A DNA stretch of 64,000 bases from Candidatus Falkowbacteria bacterium GW2011_GWF2_43_32 (GTDB taxonomy: Bacteria; Patescibacteriota; Patescibacteriia; Patescibacteriales; UBA12465): assembly GCA_000999715.1 (NCBI GenBank), contig LCGL01000004.1:44289-108288 (forward strand). The letters run 5' to 3'. Made by a program: the position numbers and the translations under genes. A model generated the notes under the pieces. It saw only the letters and a program-made list of their open reading frames with translations, searched no databases and was not told the DNA's origin. Of the stretch, positions 32,413-43,101 are shown one piece after another. Each line of letters opens with the position of its first letter. The first letter of the stretch is position 1.

Positions 32413-33931
32413 CGAGCATTTTTTCCAATAACTCTTTGACTATTTTGGGATTAGCTTTCCCCTTGGTTTCGGCCATGACTTTGCCCAGCAAGAATTGCAA
32501 GACGTTGGTCTTGCCTTTTTTATATTGAGCGACTTGTTGCGGATTATCATTGATGATATGTTGCACCGTTTTCTCCAGCTCCGCTTCGTTATCCATTTGT
32601 TCCAGCCCCAGGTCAATCATAATCTGGCTGGGGTCGCCGCCTTTGTCATACATCGTTTCCAAAATTGTTTGTCCGGCCGAAGAATTGATCTTATCTTGAT
32701 AAATCAAGCAGACCAATTCCGCAAAGTTTTCCGCGGTCATTTTTAAATCGGCGACTTTTTGTTTATGACTGTTTAAATGTTTGTACAGTTCGCCGGTAAT
32801 CCAATTGGCGGCCGTTTTGGCCAAGCGTCTTTCTTGACGGGCGGCCTGGTCGCCGTTAGCTTCAATCCAGGCATCCAGTTCGGACAGCACTTTTTCCGTC
32901 CAGGCGGCCAAAGCTTTGTCGCCGATGATAATATCCACGGTCTCCGGTTTGAGTTGATATTCTTGAATGAAGCGCCGTCTTTTGGCCGCCGGCAATTCCG
33001 GCAAGTCGGCGTGGAGACGATTCAACCAATCTTCCGTAATTTCCAAAGGCGGAATGTCCGGTTCGGGGAAGTAGCGATAATCGGCCGAGCTTTCCTTCAA
33101 GCGTTGGCTGACGGTGGCATTTTTATTTTCGTCCCAGCCGCGCGTTTCGGCCAGAATTTTTTCGCCTTTTTTCAGCCGGTCCGTTTGTCGGGCGATTTCA
33201 AAGTTAATCGCTTTTTCCACGGCGCGGAAAGAATTGATATTTTTCACTTCCACTTTCGGATTCAGCGGCCGTTTAACGCCCAATAACCATTTTTTCTTGG
33301 CCAGGATTTGTCCCTGCTTGTATTCCCAGCCGCCAGGCGTTTGCAGGCTGATGTTAGCTTCACAGCGCATTTCGCCTTTTTCCATGTCGGCATTGCTGAT
33401 TTCCAGATAACGCAGGATTTGCTGATAGGCGGTGCAGAACTTTTTGGCTTCGGCGGCGTCTTTGATGACCGGCTCGGTCACCAGTTCCATCAACGGCGTT
33501 CCGGCGCGATTGAAGTCCAGGAGAGTATAGTCTTGATCTTTGAAGTGGAGGGATTTGCCGGTATCTTCTTCCAGATGAATGCGAGTAATTTGAATTTCGC
33601 GCCCGTCAATGTCCAGGCGTCCGTTATAAGCGAGCGGCAAGTCATATTGGGAAATCTGATAACCTTTCGGCAGGTCGGGGTAAAAATAATTTTTACGATC
33701 AAATTTTGACAGGCGGTTTATCCGGCAATGTAGAGCCAGGCCGGTCAAAATCGTCCAGTCAATCGCTTGTTTGTTGGGAACGGGGAGAGTGCCGGGATGA
33801 CCCAGACAAACGGGGCAAACCGTGGTGTTCGGCGCTTTATTTTCGGCGTCGTTACTGCAGGAACAAAACATTTTGCTTTTTGTCTTCAGTTCGGCATGGA
33901 TTTCCAGGCCGATGATAACGTCGTAAGTCAT
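32405..33931 (-). CDS. gatB: Asp/Glu-tRNA amidotransferase subunit B
   Basis: IGLEIHAEL, RKNYFYPDLPKGYQISQ and DYRYFPEPD motifs. Confidence 0.98.
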   Translation of the reverse strand: MTYDVIIGLEIHAELKTKSKMFCSCSNDAENKAPNTTVCPVCLGHPGTLPVPNKQAIDWTILTGLALHCRINRLSKFDRKNYFYPDLPKGYQISQYDLPLAYNGRLDIDGREIQITRIHLEEDTGKSLHFKDQDYTLLDFNRAGTPLMELVTEPVIKDAAEAKKFCTAYQQILRYLEISNADMEKGEMRCEANISLQTPGGWEYKQGQILAKKKWLLGVKRPLNPKVEVKNINSFRAVEKAINFEIARQTDRLKKGEKILAETRGWDENKNATVSQRLKESSADYRYFPEPDIPPLEITEDWLNRLHADLPELPAAKRRRFIQEYQLKPETVDIIIGDKALAAWTEKVLSELDAWIEANGDQAARQERRLAKTAANWITGELYKHLNSHKQKVADLKMTAENFAELVCLIYQDKINSSAGQTILETMYDKGGDPSQIMIDLGLEQMDNEAELEKTVQHIINDNPQQVAQYKKGKTNVLQFLLGKVMAETKGKANPKIVKELLEKMLAK

Positions 33932-33947
33932 ATGGGTATGAAAAATT

Positions 33948-34637
33948 TTATTCGTTGATTACCGATTTCACTTCTTGATTGACCAACCGGCCGATTTCTT
34001 CCCGACTGAAGAGTTTTCCGTTCGGAGCGCAGTCTATCAATTTGAAATTTGCGTCATCGGCGGCGATTTCCCGGTATACTTGGGCGGCTTTTTGAAGATG
34101 AATCAGGTTGTCTTCATGGATGTCTTGAGTTTTGCCGGTCCAATCTTCGCGTTTTCTTTGTTTGGCCAGTTGTTGGGCAATTTCCGGTTGCAAATAGAGA
34201 ATAATCGATAAGTCGGGCTTGGGCAGACCGAAAATATTGTATTCCAAGTCGTTCAACCAGGCGAAAAATTTTTTTCTTTCCGTCGGTTCGTCTATTTTTC
34301 CGCCCTGGTGACCCATATTGGCGCTGGTATAGCGATTGGCCAGCACGATTTTTCCTTCGTTTAGCCAGGTGCGGATTTTAAAGCTGGCGTCGTAACGGTC
34401 CACCGCATAAAAAATTGAAGCCTTATAAGGACCGACCGTTTCGGCCGAGCCGTATTTTCCGGAGAGATATTCTTCCACCGCCCCGGCCGACTTGGTGTTA
34501 TATTGAGGAAAGTCCGCGACGGCGACCGGATAGCCGCGAGCCTCCAAATCCGCCTTCAGCAATTGAAGTTGAGTGGTTTTGCCCGAACCGTCGGTGCCGT
34601 CAATGACAATAAATTTTCCGGCTTTGTTTGAATTCAT
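33948..34637 (-). CDS. tmk: Thymidylate kinase
   Basis: DGTDGSGKTTQ P-loop and NRY motif. Confidence 0.9.
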   Translation of the reverse strand: MNSNKAGKFIVIDGTDGSGKTTQLQLLKADLEARGYPVAVADFPQYNTKSAGAVEEYLSGKYGSAETVGPYKASIFYAVDRYDASFKIRTWLNEGKIVLANRYTSANMGHQGGKIDEPTERKKFFAWLNDLEYNIFGLPKPDLSIILYLQPEIAQQLAKQRKREDWTGKTQDIHEDNLIHLQKAAQVYREIAADDANFKLIDCAPNGKLFSREEIGRLVNQEVKSVINE

Positions 34638-34673
34638 AATTATATTTATTGCAGTCGCTGTAATCAGCTCTAA

Positions 34674-35000
34674 TCAGCGATTATCGCCACTGCCGCCGAT
34701 TTTGCCGCGTTCCAGGCGCGATGATAATTTTTCCAAGTTTCCGGCGGCGACGTCTTCCAGGTTTATTTCCAGTTCGGTGGCGATTTGCGTCAAATACCAG
34801 AGCACATCGCCGAGTTCTTTGCTTAAATCTTGCCGATCTTGCTCATCGACTAGGCCGTTCTTGTCTCTGATAATTTTTTTTATTTTTTCCGCCACTTCGC
34901 CGGTCTCGCCGGCCAAGCCTAAAGTCGGATAAATATATAAAGGTTGCTGAGTGTATTTGGCGGTGCGCCGTGATTCCCGTTGATATTCGGAGAAAGTCAT
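34674..35000 (-). CDS. MazG-like NTP pyrophosphohydrolase
   Basis: GLAGETGEVAEKIKK and KELGDVLWY motifs. Confidence 0.92.
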   Translation of the reverse strand: MTFSEYQRESRRTAKYTQQPLYIYPTLGLAGETGEVAEKIKKIIRDKNGLVDEQDRQDLSKELGDVLWYLTQIATELEINLEDVAAGNLEKLSSRLERGKIGGSGDNR

Positions 35001-35017
35001 ATATTTGAAAATGTTGA

Positions 35018-35575
35018 TTATTTTTTAATTTTTTTTAAGATGGTATCTATTTGAACATACAATTCCGGCAGAGAACTGTCGTTATTCAAGCGGTATTCCG
35101 CCGCGGCCATTACCGTCGGGATTTCCAATTCCGCTTCTTTTTGGTCGTCAGCCAAAAATTGTTCAAAAGTTTTTTCCGCGTCGCCGATATTTTCATTTCG
35201 TTTGACCATGCGTTCGTAACGAATTTCGGCGGCGGCCTCCAGGGCGATGACGTGAAAATCAGAAAATTTTTCGGACAAACTTTTAATATCATCCAGTCGC
35301 CTGATGCCGTCAACGATGATGATTTGATGCTCGTCTCTGGCAATATCTTCAATAATTACTTGGGCCAACAAATCGCCGCCAAAGCGCGTGCGCAAGTCCA
35401 GGGACAGATTTTGCATATTTTCGCGATTGATCGGCAGATACAGGCGGTTCAAGATATCGCGTAGAGCGGTGGAATAGCGATGACTGTTCGCGCCGTGTTT
35501 TTCCATGATATATTTTTTGCAAACGTCTTTGCCGCTGGCGATATGACCGACGAAACCGAGGATTATTTTGGGCAT
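35018..35575 (-). CDS. P-loop nucleoside-monophosphate-kinase-like protein
   Basis: GHIASGKD and VDGIR motifs. Confidence 0.8.
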   Translation of the reverse strand: MPKIILGFVGHIASGKDVCKKYIMEKHGANSHRYSTALRDILNRLYLPINRENMQNLSLDLRTRFGGDLLAQVIIEDIARDEHQIIIVDGIRRLDDIKSLSEKFSDFHVIALEAAAEIRYERMVKRNENIGDAEKTFEQFLADDQKEAELEIPTVMAAAEYRLNNDSSLPELYVQIDTILKKIKK

Positions 35576-35576
35576 A

Positions 35577-36080
35577 TTAAGAAAGCACCTGATAGTGGAG
35601 CATTAAAGTATTATCGTTTAATTTTTTAACTTCCAATAGTTTTAAATTCGCCTCCAAATCTTTATTAAACAGAGATAAGCCGGCGCCGAAAATTTTTGGT
35701 TCTACGGTCAAAATGATTTCAGAAATTAGCTTTTTTTCCAGAAACAGCGAGTTTAGGGCCGCCCCGCCGCCCAAGAGAGCGGACGTATGGCCCATTTTTT
35801 CCAGTTCCGCCAAGACATCGGCCGGTTCGCCTTTGACCCATTTGACGCCGGTGATTGGTGGCGGGTTGTCTGCGCGTGAAAAAACTACGTTTAAACGTCC
35901 CGGCAAAGGAGCGGGAAAGGTTTTGAACGTGTTTTCGCCCATCATGATTACGCCGTGTTGTTTGGAAATCTCCACAAAAAATTTTTTGTCTTCGCGGCTA
36001 GTCCAATCGGCGAGCTGACTTTTGTCTTTGGCGATTTTGCCGTCGACGGTTATGGCCATCATCATTGTTACGGGAATCAT
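35577..36080 (-). CDS. Dihydrofolate reductase / RibD-C family protein
   Basis: DGKIA, MMGENTF, PLPGRLNVV and LLGGG motifs; adjacent to thyA. Confidence 0.85.
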   Translation of the reverse strand: MIPVTMMMAITVDGKIAKDKSQLADWTSREDKKFFVEISKQHGVIMMGENTFKTFPAPLPGRLNVVFSRADNPPPITGVKWVKGEPADVLAELEKMGHTSALLGGGAALNSLFLEKKLISEIILTVEPKIFGAGLSLFNKDLEANLKLLEVKKLNDNTLMLHYQVLS

Positions 36081-36117
36081 ATTGTCCGGCCGATAGTGGT
36101 AATCGGCGATTAGTTAA

Positions 36118-36933
36118 TTAAATGGCGATGGGAGCTTTAATTCCCGGTTCCGGATCGTACCCTTCCAAAGTGAAATCTTCGTACTTGAAACTGAAAATAT
36201 CGTCGACTGTCGGGTTGATAATCATTTTGGGCAAAGTCTTCGGTGTGCGCGTTAATTGCAATTTCACTTGCTCCAAATGATTGTTGTAAATATGCAAATC
36301 GCCAAAGGTATGGACGAATTCGCCGAGCTGTAAATTGCTGACTTGCGCCATCATCATCGTGAGTAGGGCATAAGAGGCGATATTGAACGGCACACCCAAA
36401 AAAATATCGGCACTGCGTTGATATAATTGGCAGGATAATTTGTTGTCGTGAGAAACATAAAATTGAAAAATCGTATGACAAGGCGGTGGCGCGGTTTTTT
36501 TCCCGCCGATCAAAGCGCGCAAGTCGCCGACATTCCAGCCGCTGACGATAATTCTGCGGGAAGACGGATTTTTCTTAATCATTTCTACGGCTTCGGCGAT
36601 TTGATTGATTTTTGTGCCGTCCGGGGCCTCCCAGCCTGTCCATTGTTTGCCGTAAATCGGTCCGAGATCGCCGTTTGCGTCGGCCCATTCATCCCAAATG
36701 GTTACGCCGTTGTCGTTGAGATATTTAATGTTGGTGTCGCCTTTTAAGAACCAGAGCAATTCATGGATGATGGCTTTTAAGTACAATTTTTTTGTAGTCA
36801 ACAATGGAAAACCGTCGTTTAAATCGTAACGCGCTTGTCGCCCGAAAACACTGATTGTCCCCGTGCCGGTACGATCGTCTTTGCCTTGGCCGTTTTCCAA
36901 GACATCGCGTAGTAAATTAAGATATTGTTTCAT
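36118..36933 (-). CDS. thyA: Thymidylate synthase
   Basis: DRTGTGT, PPCH and [14 protein letters not shown] motifs. Confidence 0.98.
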   Translation of the reverse strand: MKQYLNLLRDVLENGQGKDDRTGTGTISVFGRQARYDLNDGFPLLTTKKLYLKAIIHELLWFLKGDTNIKYLNDNGVTIWDEWADANGDLGPIYGKQWTGWEAPDGTKINQIAEAVEMIKKNPSSRRIIVSGWNVGDLRALIGGKKTAPPPCHTIFQFYVSHDNKLSCQLYQRSADIFLGVPFNIASYALLTMMMAQVSNLQLGEFVHTFGDLHIYNNHLEQVKLQLTRTPKTLPKMIINPTVDDIFSFKYEDFTLEGYDPEPGIKAPIAI

Positions 36934-36975
36934 AAAAGCAGCGTAAAATTTATGAAATTAGTTAATCGATGTGGA

Positions 36976-37485
36976 TTATTGATCTTCATATTCGGTCATT
37001 TCTTCATTGGCCAAAGTATAGGCCACGCCCGCTTCTTGAAAGATTTCTTTGCTTCTCTGACCGGCGTGATAATCTTGAGCGCAGACCACCCGTTTGATGC
37101 CGGCATTGATAATCATTTTGGCGCAAGTATAGCAAGGTGTCATTTTGCAGTATAAAGTTCCGCCTTCAAGGGCAATGCCCATTCGAGCCGCTTCGCAAAT
37201 GGCATTTTGTTCGGCATGAGTGGTGCGAATGCAATGGCGGGAAGTCGTGCCGTCGTCGTTAACGACGGTATGCATCTCGTGGCCGACTTCATCGCAATGC
37301 GGCAGTCCGACCGGAGAGCCGGCATAGCCGGTGGCGACGATGCGACGGTCGCGGGTAATGACGCAACCGGCGCGACCGCGGTCGCAAGAGCCGCGGCTAC
37401 CGACCATATCCACTATTTTTAAGAAATACTCGTCCCAAGAAGGGCGTTTATAAATTTCTTTTTCTTGATCTTTTTTTTCACTCAT
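36976..37485 (-). CDS. dCMP deaminase (ComEB-like)
   Basis: HAEQNAI and PCYTC motifs. Confidence 0.93.
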   Translation of the reverse strand: MSEKKDQEKEIYKRPSWDEYFLKIVDMVGSRGSCDRGRAGCVITRDRRIVATGYAGSPVGLPHCDEVGHEMHTVVNDDGTTSRHCIRTTHAEQNAICEAARMGIALEGGTLYCKMTPCYTCAKMIINAGIKRVVCAQDYHAGQRSKEIFQEAGVAYTLANEEMTEYEDQ

Positions 37486-37671
37486 AAAATTAAATCAGTC
37501 GTCTAAACGAGTCGATGTTAATAAATTTAATCCATCTATATTCTAACCTATTATTTCAATAAAATAAATCTTGACAGATGTGATTTTATGTCCTGTTTGG
37601 GCTTTTAAAAAGTCCGAAAAGAGGTTAAACTATAAGCAGGGTTTAGTCAGGGCTCTTTATTACAGATCATT

Positions 37672-37941
37672 ATGATATTGGATAAATATATTGAAGATTT
37701 AGCTAATAATAAAGAAATTTATTTAAGAGTCAGAGTCTCTCCCGGGGCCGGTCGGACGGATTTTTTGGAACTTATGACTGACGGGACCATCAAAATCGCC
37801 CTGAATGCTCAGCCGGAGAAAGGCAAAGCCAATCAAGAGCTGATTAAATTCTTGGCGCTTGAGATGGGCGTGAGAAAATATCAAGTGAAAATCATCAGCG
37901 GTGCCGGAGAAAGGCTGAAATTAGTCAAGGTCAGTCGTTGA
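37672..37941 (+). CDS. DUF167 (YggU) family protein
   Basis: PEKGKANQELIKFLA and IISG motifs. Confidence 0.9.
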   Translation: MILDKYIEDLANNKEIYLRVRVSPGAGRTDFLELMTDGTIKIALNAQPEKGKANQELIKFLALEMGVRKYQVKIISGAGERLKLVKVSR

Positions 37942-37984
37942 TTAAACCGAGCGTTCGGTGCCGACCCTTAATTTTTGGTCAAGT

Positions 37985-38821
37985 ATGGATTTATCAATTA
38001 TTATCGTTTCTTGGAACGTTAAAGATCGTCTTCGAGAAAATTTGACTGCCTTGTTGCAATCTCAAGGCGATTTTAAATTTGAAATATTCGTGGCGGATAA
38101 TAATTCCGGCGACGGCAGTGCGGTTATGGTGCGTGAAGAATTTCCGTCTGTTCGCTTGCTCGCCAATTCGGATAATCTCGGTTTTGCTCGGGCAAATAAT
38201 CAAGCGATTAAAGAGGCGACCGGCAAATTTGTTTTGCTTCTTAATCCCGATATGCGTGTCTGGCCCGATACTTTAAAAAATATTCTCGATTGGGCAAAAA
38301 ATAATCCGACGGCAACCGTTATCGGTTGTCGGTTAATTGACGGACATGGCCGAATTGTCAGACAAGCGCGTCGTTTTCCGAAATTTTTTGATCAATTGAT
38401 GATTGCCGTGAAAATTCCGCATTTGTTTCCCGGCATAGTCGATAAATATTTGGGGGCGGATTTTGATTATAACCATGACGCCAAGGTTGATTCCGTTCGC
38501 GGGGCCTTTTTTTTGATCAATGGCGAGAATTATAAAAAAATCAGCGGTCGGGAACGGCCGTTTTTGGATGAACGATATTTTGTTTGGTTTGAAGAGGTGG
38601 ATTTTTGCCGACAAGTTTATCAGTCGGGCGGAGAAGTTTGGTATACGCCGGCGGCGGAATGTTTGGATTATGTCGGACAAAGTTTCAGTCAGATAAAACG
38701 CGGACAGGCCCAAAAATACTTTAGCGACTCGATGTTAAAATATTTTAAAAAATGGGAAAAAAAATGGCAATACTTGATTTTAAAAATCGTTTGGAAAATA
38801 ATCGGAGTTTTTATAAAATAA
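37985..38821 (+). CDS. Glycosyltransferase family 2
   Basis: SIIIVSWN, DNNSGD, LLNPD and EEVDFC motifs. Confidence 0.93.
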   Translation: MDLSIIIVSWNVKDRLRENLTALLQSQGDFKFEIFVADNNSGDGSAVMVREEFPSVRLLANSDNLGFARANNQAIKEATGKFVLLLNPDMRVWPDTLKNILDWAKNNPTATVIGCRLIDGHGRIVRQARRFPKFFDQLMIAVKIPHLFPGIVDKYLGADFDYNHDAKVDSVRGAFFLINGENYKKISGRERPFLDERYFVWFEEVDFCRQVYQSGGEVWYTPAAECLDYVGQSFSQIKRGQAQKYFSDSMLKYFKKWEKKWQYLILKIVWKIIGVFIK

Positions 38822-38839
38822 ACATCAATAAAAGATAAC

Positions 38840-39907
38840 ATGAATAAATCGGTCGGTATAATTTTGGTCAATTATAAAGATTACGCCACTCGTTTTTTGA
38901 AAGGGTGCCGCGATTCTTTGCGCGCTCAGGATTATCCGGCGGATTTGGTGCATGTTTATATCATTGATAACGCCTCCACTCCGGAATCGGCCGTTTATTT
39001 GAAAGAAAACTATCCCGAGGCGAGGATTATGCCGCGTGTCGACGGTAATTATTGCGCCGCCAACAATTTCGGTTGCCGACAGGCGATGGCGGACGCTTGT
39101 GAATATTTGGTCAGCGTCAACCTGGATACGGAGATGGCGCCGTCATGGTTGTCGGAATTGGTTAAAGCTTTGGAGGAAAATTCCGCGGCCGGCATCGCTC
39201 AGTCCAAAATTCTGCTTTATCCCAAGAGCGAAACGGAAAAAAATAATCCGCGCATCAACAGCTTGGGAAACGTTTTTCATTTTTTGGGTTTTGGTTTTAC
39301 TTCCGGCTACGGGCAAGCGAATCGGGAGATAGCCGGTTATCCGGAAATAAACGGTTATGCCAGCGGTTGTTCTTTAATGATCAGGGCGGACGTCTTTCGA
39401 CGAATCGGAGGCTATAATGAAGAATTTTACATGTATCATGACGATATTGAACTGAGTTTAAAAACAAAATTGGCCGGTTATAAAATCATTTTGGCTCCGC
39501 AATCGGTTATTTACCATAAATATGAGTTTTCTCGCAGTGTCCGGATGTTTTATTATATGGAGAGAAATCGTTATCTGACTTTGTTTATTTTTTATCCGAC
39601 TTATTTTTTATTTTTAATCGGTCTGCCGCTCATATTCATGGATCTCGGTATGTTTTTCTTTTCGCTTGTCGGCGGCCGGTTTAAAGAAGAACTGAAAATT
39701 TACGGATATTTTTGCCATTATAAAAATTATGTTAAAATTAAAGAAGAGCGGCAAAAGATAAAAGCTTTCTCGGTCGTATCGTTTGCCGACATCGCCCGTA
39801 GTTTTGCCGGTCGGATTGAGTTTCAGGAGATTGACAATCCGATTTTGAAATATCTGGTTAACCCCTTGTTGGCCGGGTATTGGCGTTTGGTTAAATTATT
39901 TTTTTGA
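38840..39907 (+). CDS. Glycosyltransferase family 2
   Basis: ILVNY, IDNAS and FYMYHDDIEL motifs. Confidence 0.93.
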   Translation: MNKSVGIILVNYKDYATRFLKGCRDSLRAQDYPADLVHVYIIDNASTPESAVYLKENYPEARIMPRVDGNYCAANNFGCRQAMADACEYLVSVNLDTEMAPSWLSELVKALEENSAAGIAQSKILLYPKSETEKNNPRINSLGNVFHFLGFGFTSGYGQANREIAGYPEINGYASGCSLMIRADVFRRIGGYNEEFYMYHDDIELSLKTKLAGYKIILAPQSVIYHKYEFSRSVRMFYYMERNRYLTLFIFYPTYFLFLIGLPLIFMDLGMFFFSLVGGRFKEELKIYGYFCHYKNYVKIKEERQKIKAFSVVSFADIARSFAGRIEFQEIDNPILKYLVNPLLAGYWRLVKLFF

Positions 39908-39963
39908 CGTCGTGTCGGCCGAAAATTCTTTTTGAATTGCTTGGCCGGCAAATTACAGTTAAT

Positions 39964-40779
39964 ATGGATTTATCGATTATCATCGTCAATTATAAAAGCA
40001 AATCGAAGCTCGTCAATTGTTTGACATCTATTTTTCGGGCGCGTTCGGCCGGTTTCAATCAAGAAGTGATTGTTGTGGATAACGCTTCCGGTGACGATTT
40101 GGGCGATTTGAGCGAACGTTTTCCGTCGGTTAAATTTATTTTCAGTCCGCGGAATTTGGGCATGGGTGGAGGCAATAATTTGGGCATTAAAAATTCCACC
40201 GGCGAATTCATTTTGATACTTAATCCGGATACGATTATTCTGGACGAAGCGATTGCCGTTTTATTTGATTATTTGAAAGGTCATCCCGCGGTCGGCATGA
40301 TCGGTCCGAAGTTGGTATATCCCGATCGTTCTTTGCAGTTTTCTTGTTCTCGTTTTCCGCAATTTTTTACGCCGATTTTGCGCCGGACTTTTTTGGGTGA
40401 TTATTTCAAAGCCAGTCGCGACAGATTTACCATGAACGATTTTGACCATAATTCTTTGAAGGAGGTTGATTGGCTGATGGGTTCTTGTCTGCTATTTCGC
40501 AGTAAAACCGTTAACGCCGCCGGTGAAATTTTTATGCCCCGATTTGACGAACGTTATTTCATGTATTTTGAAGATACCGATTTGGGCCGTCAGATGAGAG
40601 CCGCCGGCTTGAAAACAATTTATAATCCTGAAGCGACAGTGGTTCACGATCATGCTCGCGAGAGCGCCAGATATCCTTGGTATTGGGCATTGTTGCGGGA
40701 TAAACTGGCTTGGCGGCATATCGCTTCCTGGCTTAAATATTTTTTGAAGTGGGGCTTGAAAGTTGAGAATCGCGAATAA
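39964..40779 (+). CDS. Glycosyltransferase family 2
   Basis: VVDNAS, ILNPD and YFMYFEDTDL motifs. Confidence 0.93.
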   Translation: MDLSIIIVNYKSKSKLVNCLTSIFRARSAGFNQEVIVVDNASGDDLGDLSERFPSVKFIFSPRNLGMGGGNNLGIKNSTGEFILILNPDTIILDEAIAVLFDYLKGHPAVGMIGPKLVYPDRSLQFSCSRFPQFFTPILRRTFLGDYFKASRDRFTMNDFDHNSLKEVDWLMGSCLLFRSKTVNAAGEIFMPRFDERYFMYFEDTDLGRQMRAAGLKTIYNPEATVVHDHARESARYPWYWALLRDKLAWRHIASWLKYFLKWGLKVENRE

Positions 40780-40818
40780 AATGTTTAAGGTTTTGATTAA
40801 TATAATTCGATTAATTTT

Positions 40819-41691
40819 ATGAAAAAAATTAAAAAAGCGATTTTTCCGGTGGCGGGATTCGGTACGCGATTTTTGCCGGCGACCAAAGCTCAGCCCAAGG
40901 AAATGTTGCCGGTATTGGATAAACCGATCATCCAATATTTGGCGGAAGGGGCCGTGGCCGCCGGCATCGAAGAAATCATTTTCGTTACCGGACGCGGCAA
41001 GCGGGCGATTGAAGATCATTTTGATTACTCTTTCGAATTGGAAAAAAATTTGGTGGAGAAGAATAAGTTGGAATTGTTGAAGAAGGTCAGATCAATTGAG
41101 GGCTTGGCCAAAGTAACTTATGTTCGCCAACCGATTCCTCTCGGTGACGGTCATGCGCTTAATTGCGCGGCGCATTTGATCAGCGAAGACGAGGCGGTTT
41201 TGGTGTGGTTCGGCGATACGCTGTATGCCGATTGCGCCGCCGCCGCCAAACAGGTTATCGGAGTTTACGAAAAATACGGCGATACGGTGATCGGTTTATC
41301 CGAAGCGGCCGACGAGGATTTGAGCAAATTCGGTGTTATGGGCGGAGTTGATTTGGGCCAGGGTGTTTATGAAATCAGAGAATTTGTGGAGAAGCCGCCC
41401 TTGGGCACCGCGCCCTCTAATCTGGTGCAGGTTGGCCTTAACGTTATCGCTCCCGATGTCATCAAAACTTTAAAAGGCATGAAATCCGGAAAATCCGGAG
41501 AAATTCGTTTGGCGGACGCTTATAGCGAATTATTGGAACAAGGTCATTTGCTTTATGGTCGCAAGATAGACGGCGAATGGTTGGATACCGGAAACAAATT
41601 CGGTTTTCTCAAAGCCAATTTGAAATTCGGTTTGAAAGACAAAGAAATTAGCGCCGATCTTCAAAAATTAATCAACGAGTTGAGCAAATAA
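40819..41691 (+). CDS. galU: UTP-glucose-1-phosphate uridylyltransferase
   Basis: PVAGFGTRFLPATKAQPKEMLP. Confidence 0.93.
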   Translation: MKKIKKAIFPVAGFGTRFLPATKAQPKEMLPVLDKPIIQYLAEGAVAAGIEEIIFVTGRGKRAIEDHFDYSFELEKNLVEKNKLELLKKVRSIEGLAKVTYVRQPIPLGDGHALNCAAHLISEDEAVLVWFGDTLYADCAAAAKQVIGVYEKYGDTVIGLSEAADEDLSKFGVMGGVDLGQGVYEIREFVEKPPLGTAPSNLVQVGLNVIAPDVIKTLKGMKSGKSGEIRLADAYSELLEQGHLLYGRKIDGEWLDTGNKFGFLKANLKFGLKDKEISADLQKLINELSK

Positions 41692-41718
41692 GATATTTGA
41701 TTGATAATTTTCGAAAAT

Positions 41719-41753
41719 AAAAACACCCGTGAATTGCTCGCGGGTGTTTTTTT
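41719..41753. terminator. Bidirectional terminator
   Basis: AAAAACACCCG...CGGGTGTTTTTTT between convergent genes. Confidence 0.8.
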
Positions 41754-41761
41754 ATGTTTTG

Positions 41762-43099
41762 TTATTGCAACAATAATTGATAAATTCCGGCTTGTTGGCC
41801 GATTTGCGCCCAAAAATACAAGAGATCGTTTTCGTCGTCCAGGACCGGCGAGGCGATTTCTTTCGTTTGCAGGATGGTCGTAATGGTTCCGGTTTGCAAA
41901 TCAAGGGCGTTCAAACTGCCGGCGCTCGAGAAAATCAGATATTTTTGATTTTTGTTCCAGATAATTTTTTTGATTTCTTCGCCGACGCGGGTAATCAGGG
42001 AGGCATTCTTCTGGTTTAAGTTTAGAAAATATATTTCCCAGGCGTTGTTGTACAGCAAAGATTCTTCGTCCAGCCATTGCCAACTGATGACGTTTTTTAT
42101 CGTGATAGTGTCGCCGAGATCGTTCGGATTAATCAGATAAAGAGTGCTGTTTTGATCATCGTAAAGGGCTAAACGATTTCTGCCGTCGGTGACAAAGCGA
42201 TAAGTGCCGACGCCGGGTAAAGAGATTTCTTGTTCCGTTTGGCGATCTGGCAACGAATATTTTCTGAGGACGATTCGTCCGTCAGCGGCGGCGACCAAAA
42301 ATAAGTCTTCGCCGCGCGGCTCGTAGGACAGATAATCTTCGCCGCTTAATAATCGGACAACTGTATTTTTATTCGTGTTGAGATAATTTAAAGAATTTTC
42401 ATGCCGAAAGTACAAGCGATCGGTATTTTCGTCGTTGTACCAGTAATCGGCGCCGGCGCCGATCAATTGCCGGTAATCAATATCTTTGGCGGCGTTAAAA
42501 TCCAACAGCCGTCCGGCCAGCAGTAATTTTTCTTCGTTTTTTTGCCAAGAGCTTTCCGGCGAAGACAGCACCGTCGCTTTTTCCAGGAGTCTTTCTTGTC
42601 CGGTTTTGACATTAATGATTTTTTCGGCGCCGCTCAGATAAAGATATTTGCGGCCGCGGCTCAACTGCAACTCACCGGTTTCGGCGGACGTCAGTAAGAG
42701 CGGCAAATCTTTTCGGAACAGGTTGATATCTTCCACAAAAGTCGTTTGACCGGAATAAATATTAATTCTTTTTTGAAAGGCCCAATATCCTTCCCGCTCC
42801 AAAACCAAATCATATTCGCCCGGAGCGAGATTTTTGATTTTAGCGGCCGTGGTTAAGGTCTCTTTTTTCCACGGCGCCAGAGCAAATTGAGTTTGTTCCC
42901 GGCCGTTTAAAGAAACGGTGGCACCGGCGGGAATAGTGTCTACCGCCAGCATGCCCGTTTTTAACAACAAACGATTGAAACTCGGCGGCCAGCCGAAATT
43001 TATTTTGTAACCGGAAGCGTAAAGGGAAACAAAAAACGTTGTTATCACGAAAACAACGATAAAACTGATAAAGAGATAATCTCTAACTTTTTTGGACAT
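41762..43099 (-). CDS. PEGA-domain membrane-anchored protein with probable beta-propeller
   Basis: TM, then TGMLAVDTIPAGATVSLNG..LAPGEYDL.LEREGY. Confidence 0.8.
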   Translation of the reverse strand: MSKKVRDYLFISFIVVFVITTFFVSLYASGYKINFGWPPSFNRLLLKTGMLAVDTIPAGATVSLNGREQTQFALAPWKKETLTTAAKIKNLAPGEYDLVLEREGYWAFQKRINIYSGQTTFVEDINLFRKDLPLLLTSAETGELQLSRGRKYLYLSGAEKIINVKTGQERLLEKATVLSSPESSWQKNEEKLLLAGRLLDFNAAKDIDYRQLIGAGADYWYNDENTDRLYFRHENSLNYLNTNKNTVVRLLSGEDYLSYEPRGEDLFLVAAADGRIVLRKYSLPDRQTEQEISLPGVGTYRFVTDGRNRLALYDDQNSTLYLINPNDLGDTITIKNVISWQWLDEESLLYNNAWEIYFLNLNQKNASLITRVGEEIKKIIWNKNQKYLIFSSAGSLNALDLQTGTITTILQTKEIASPVLDDENDLLYFWAQIGQQAGIYQLLLQ

Positions 43100-43101
43100 A
43101 T

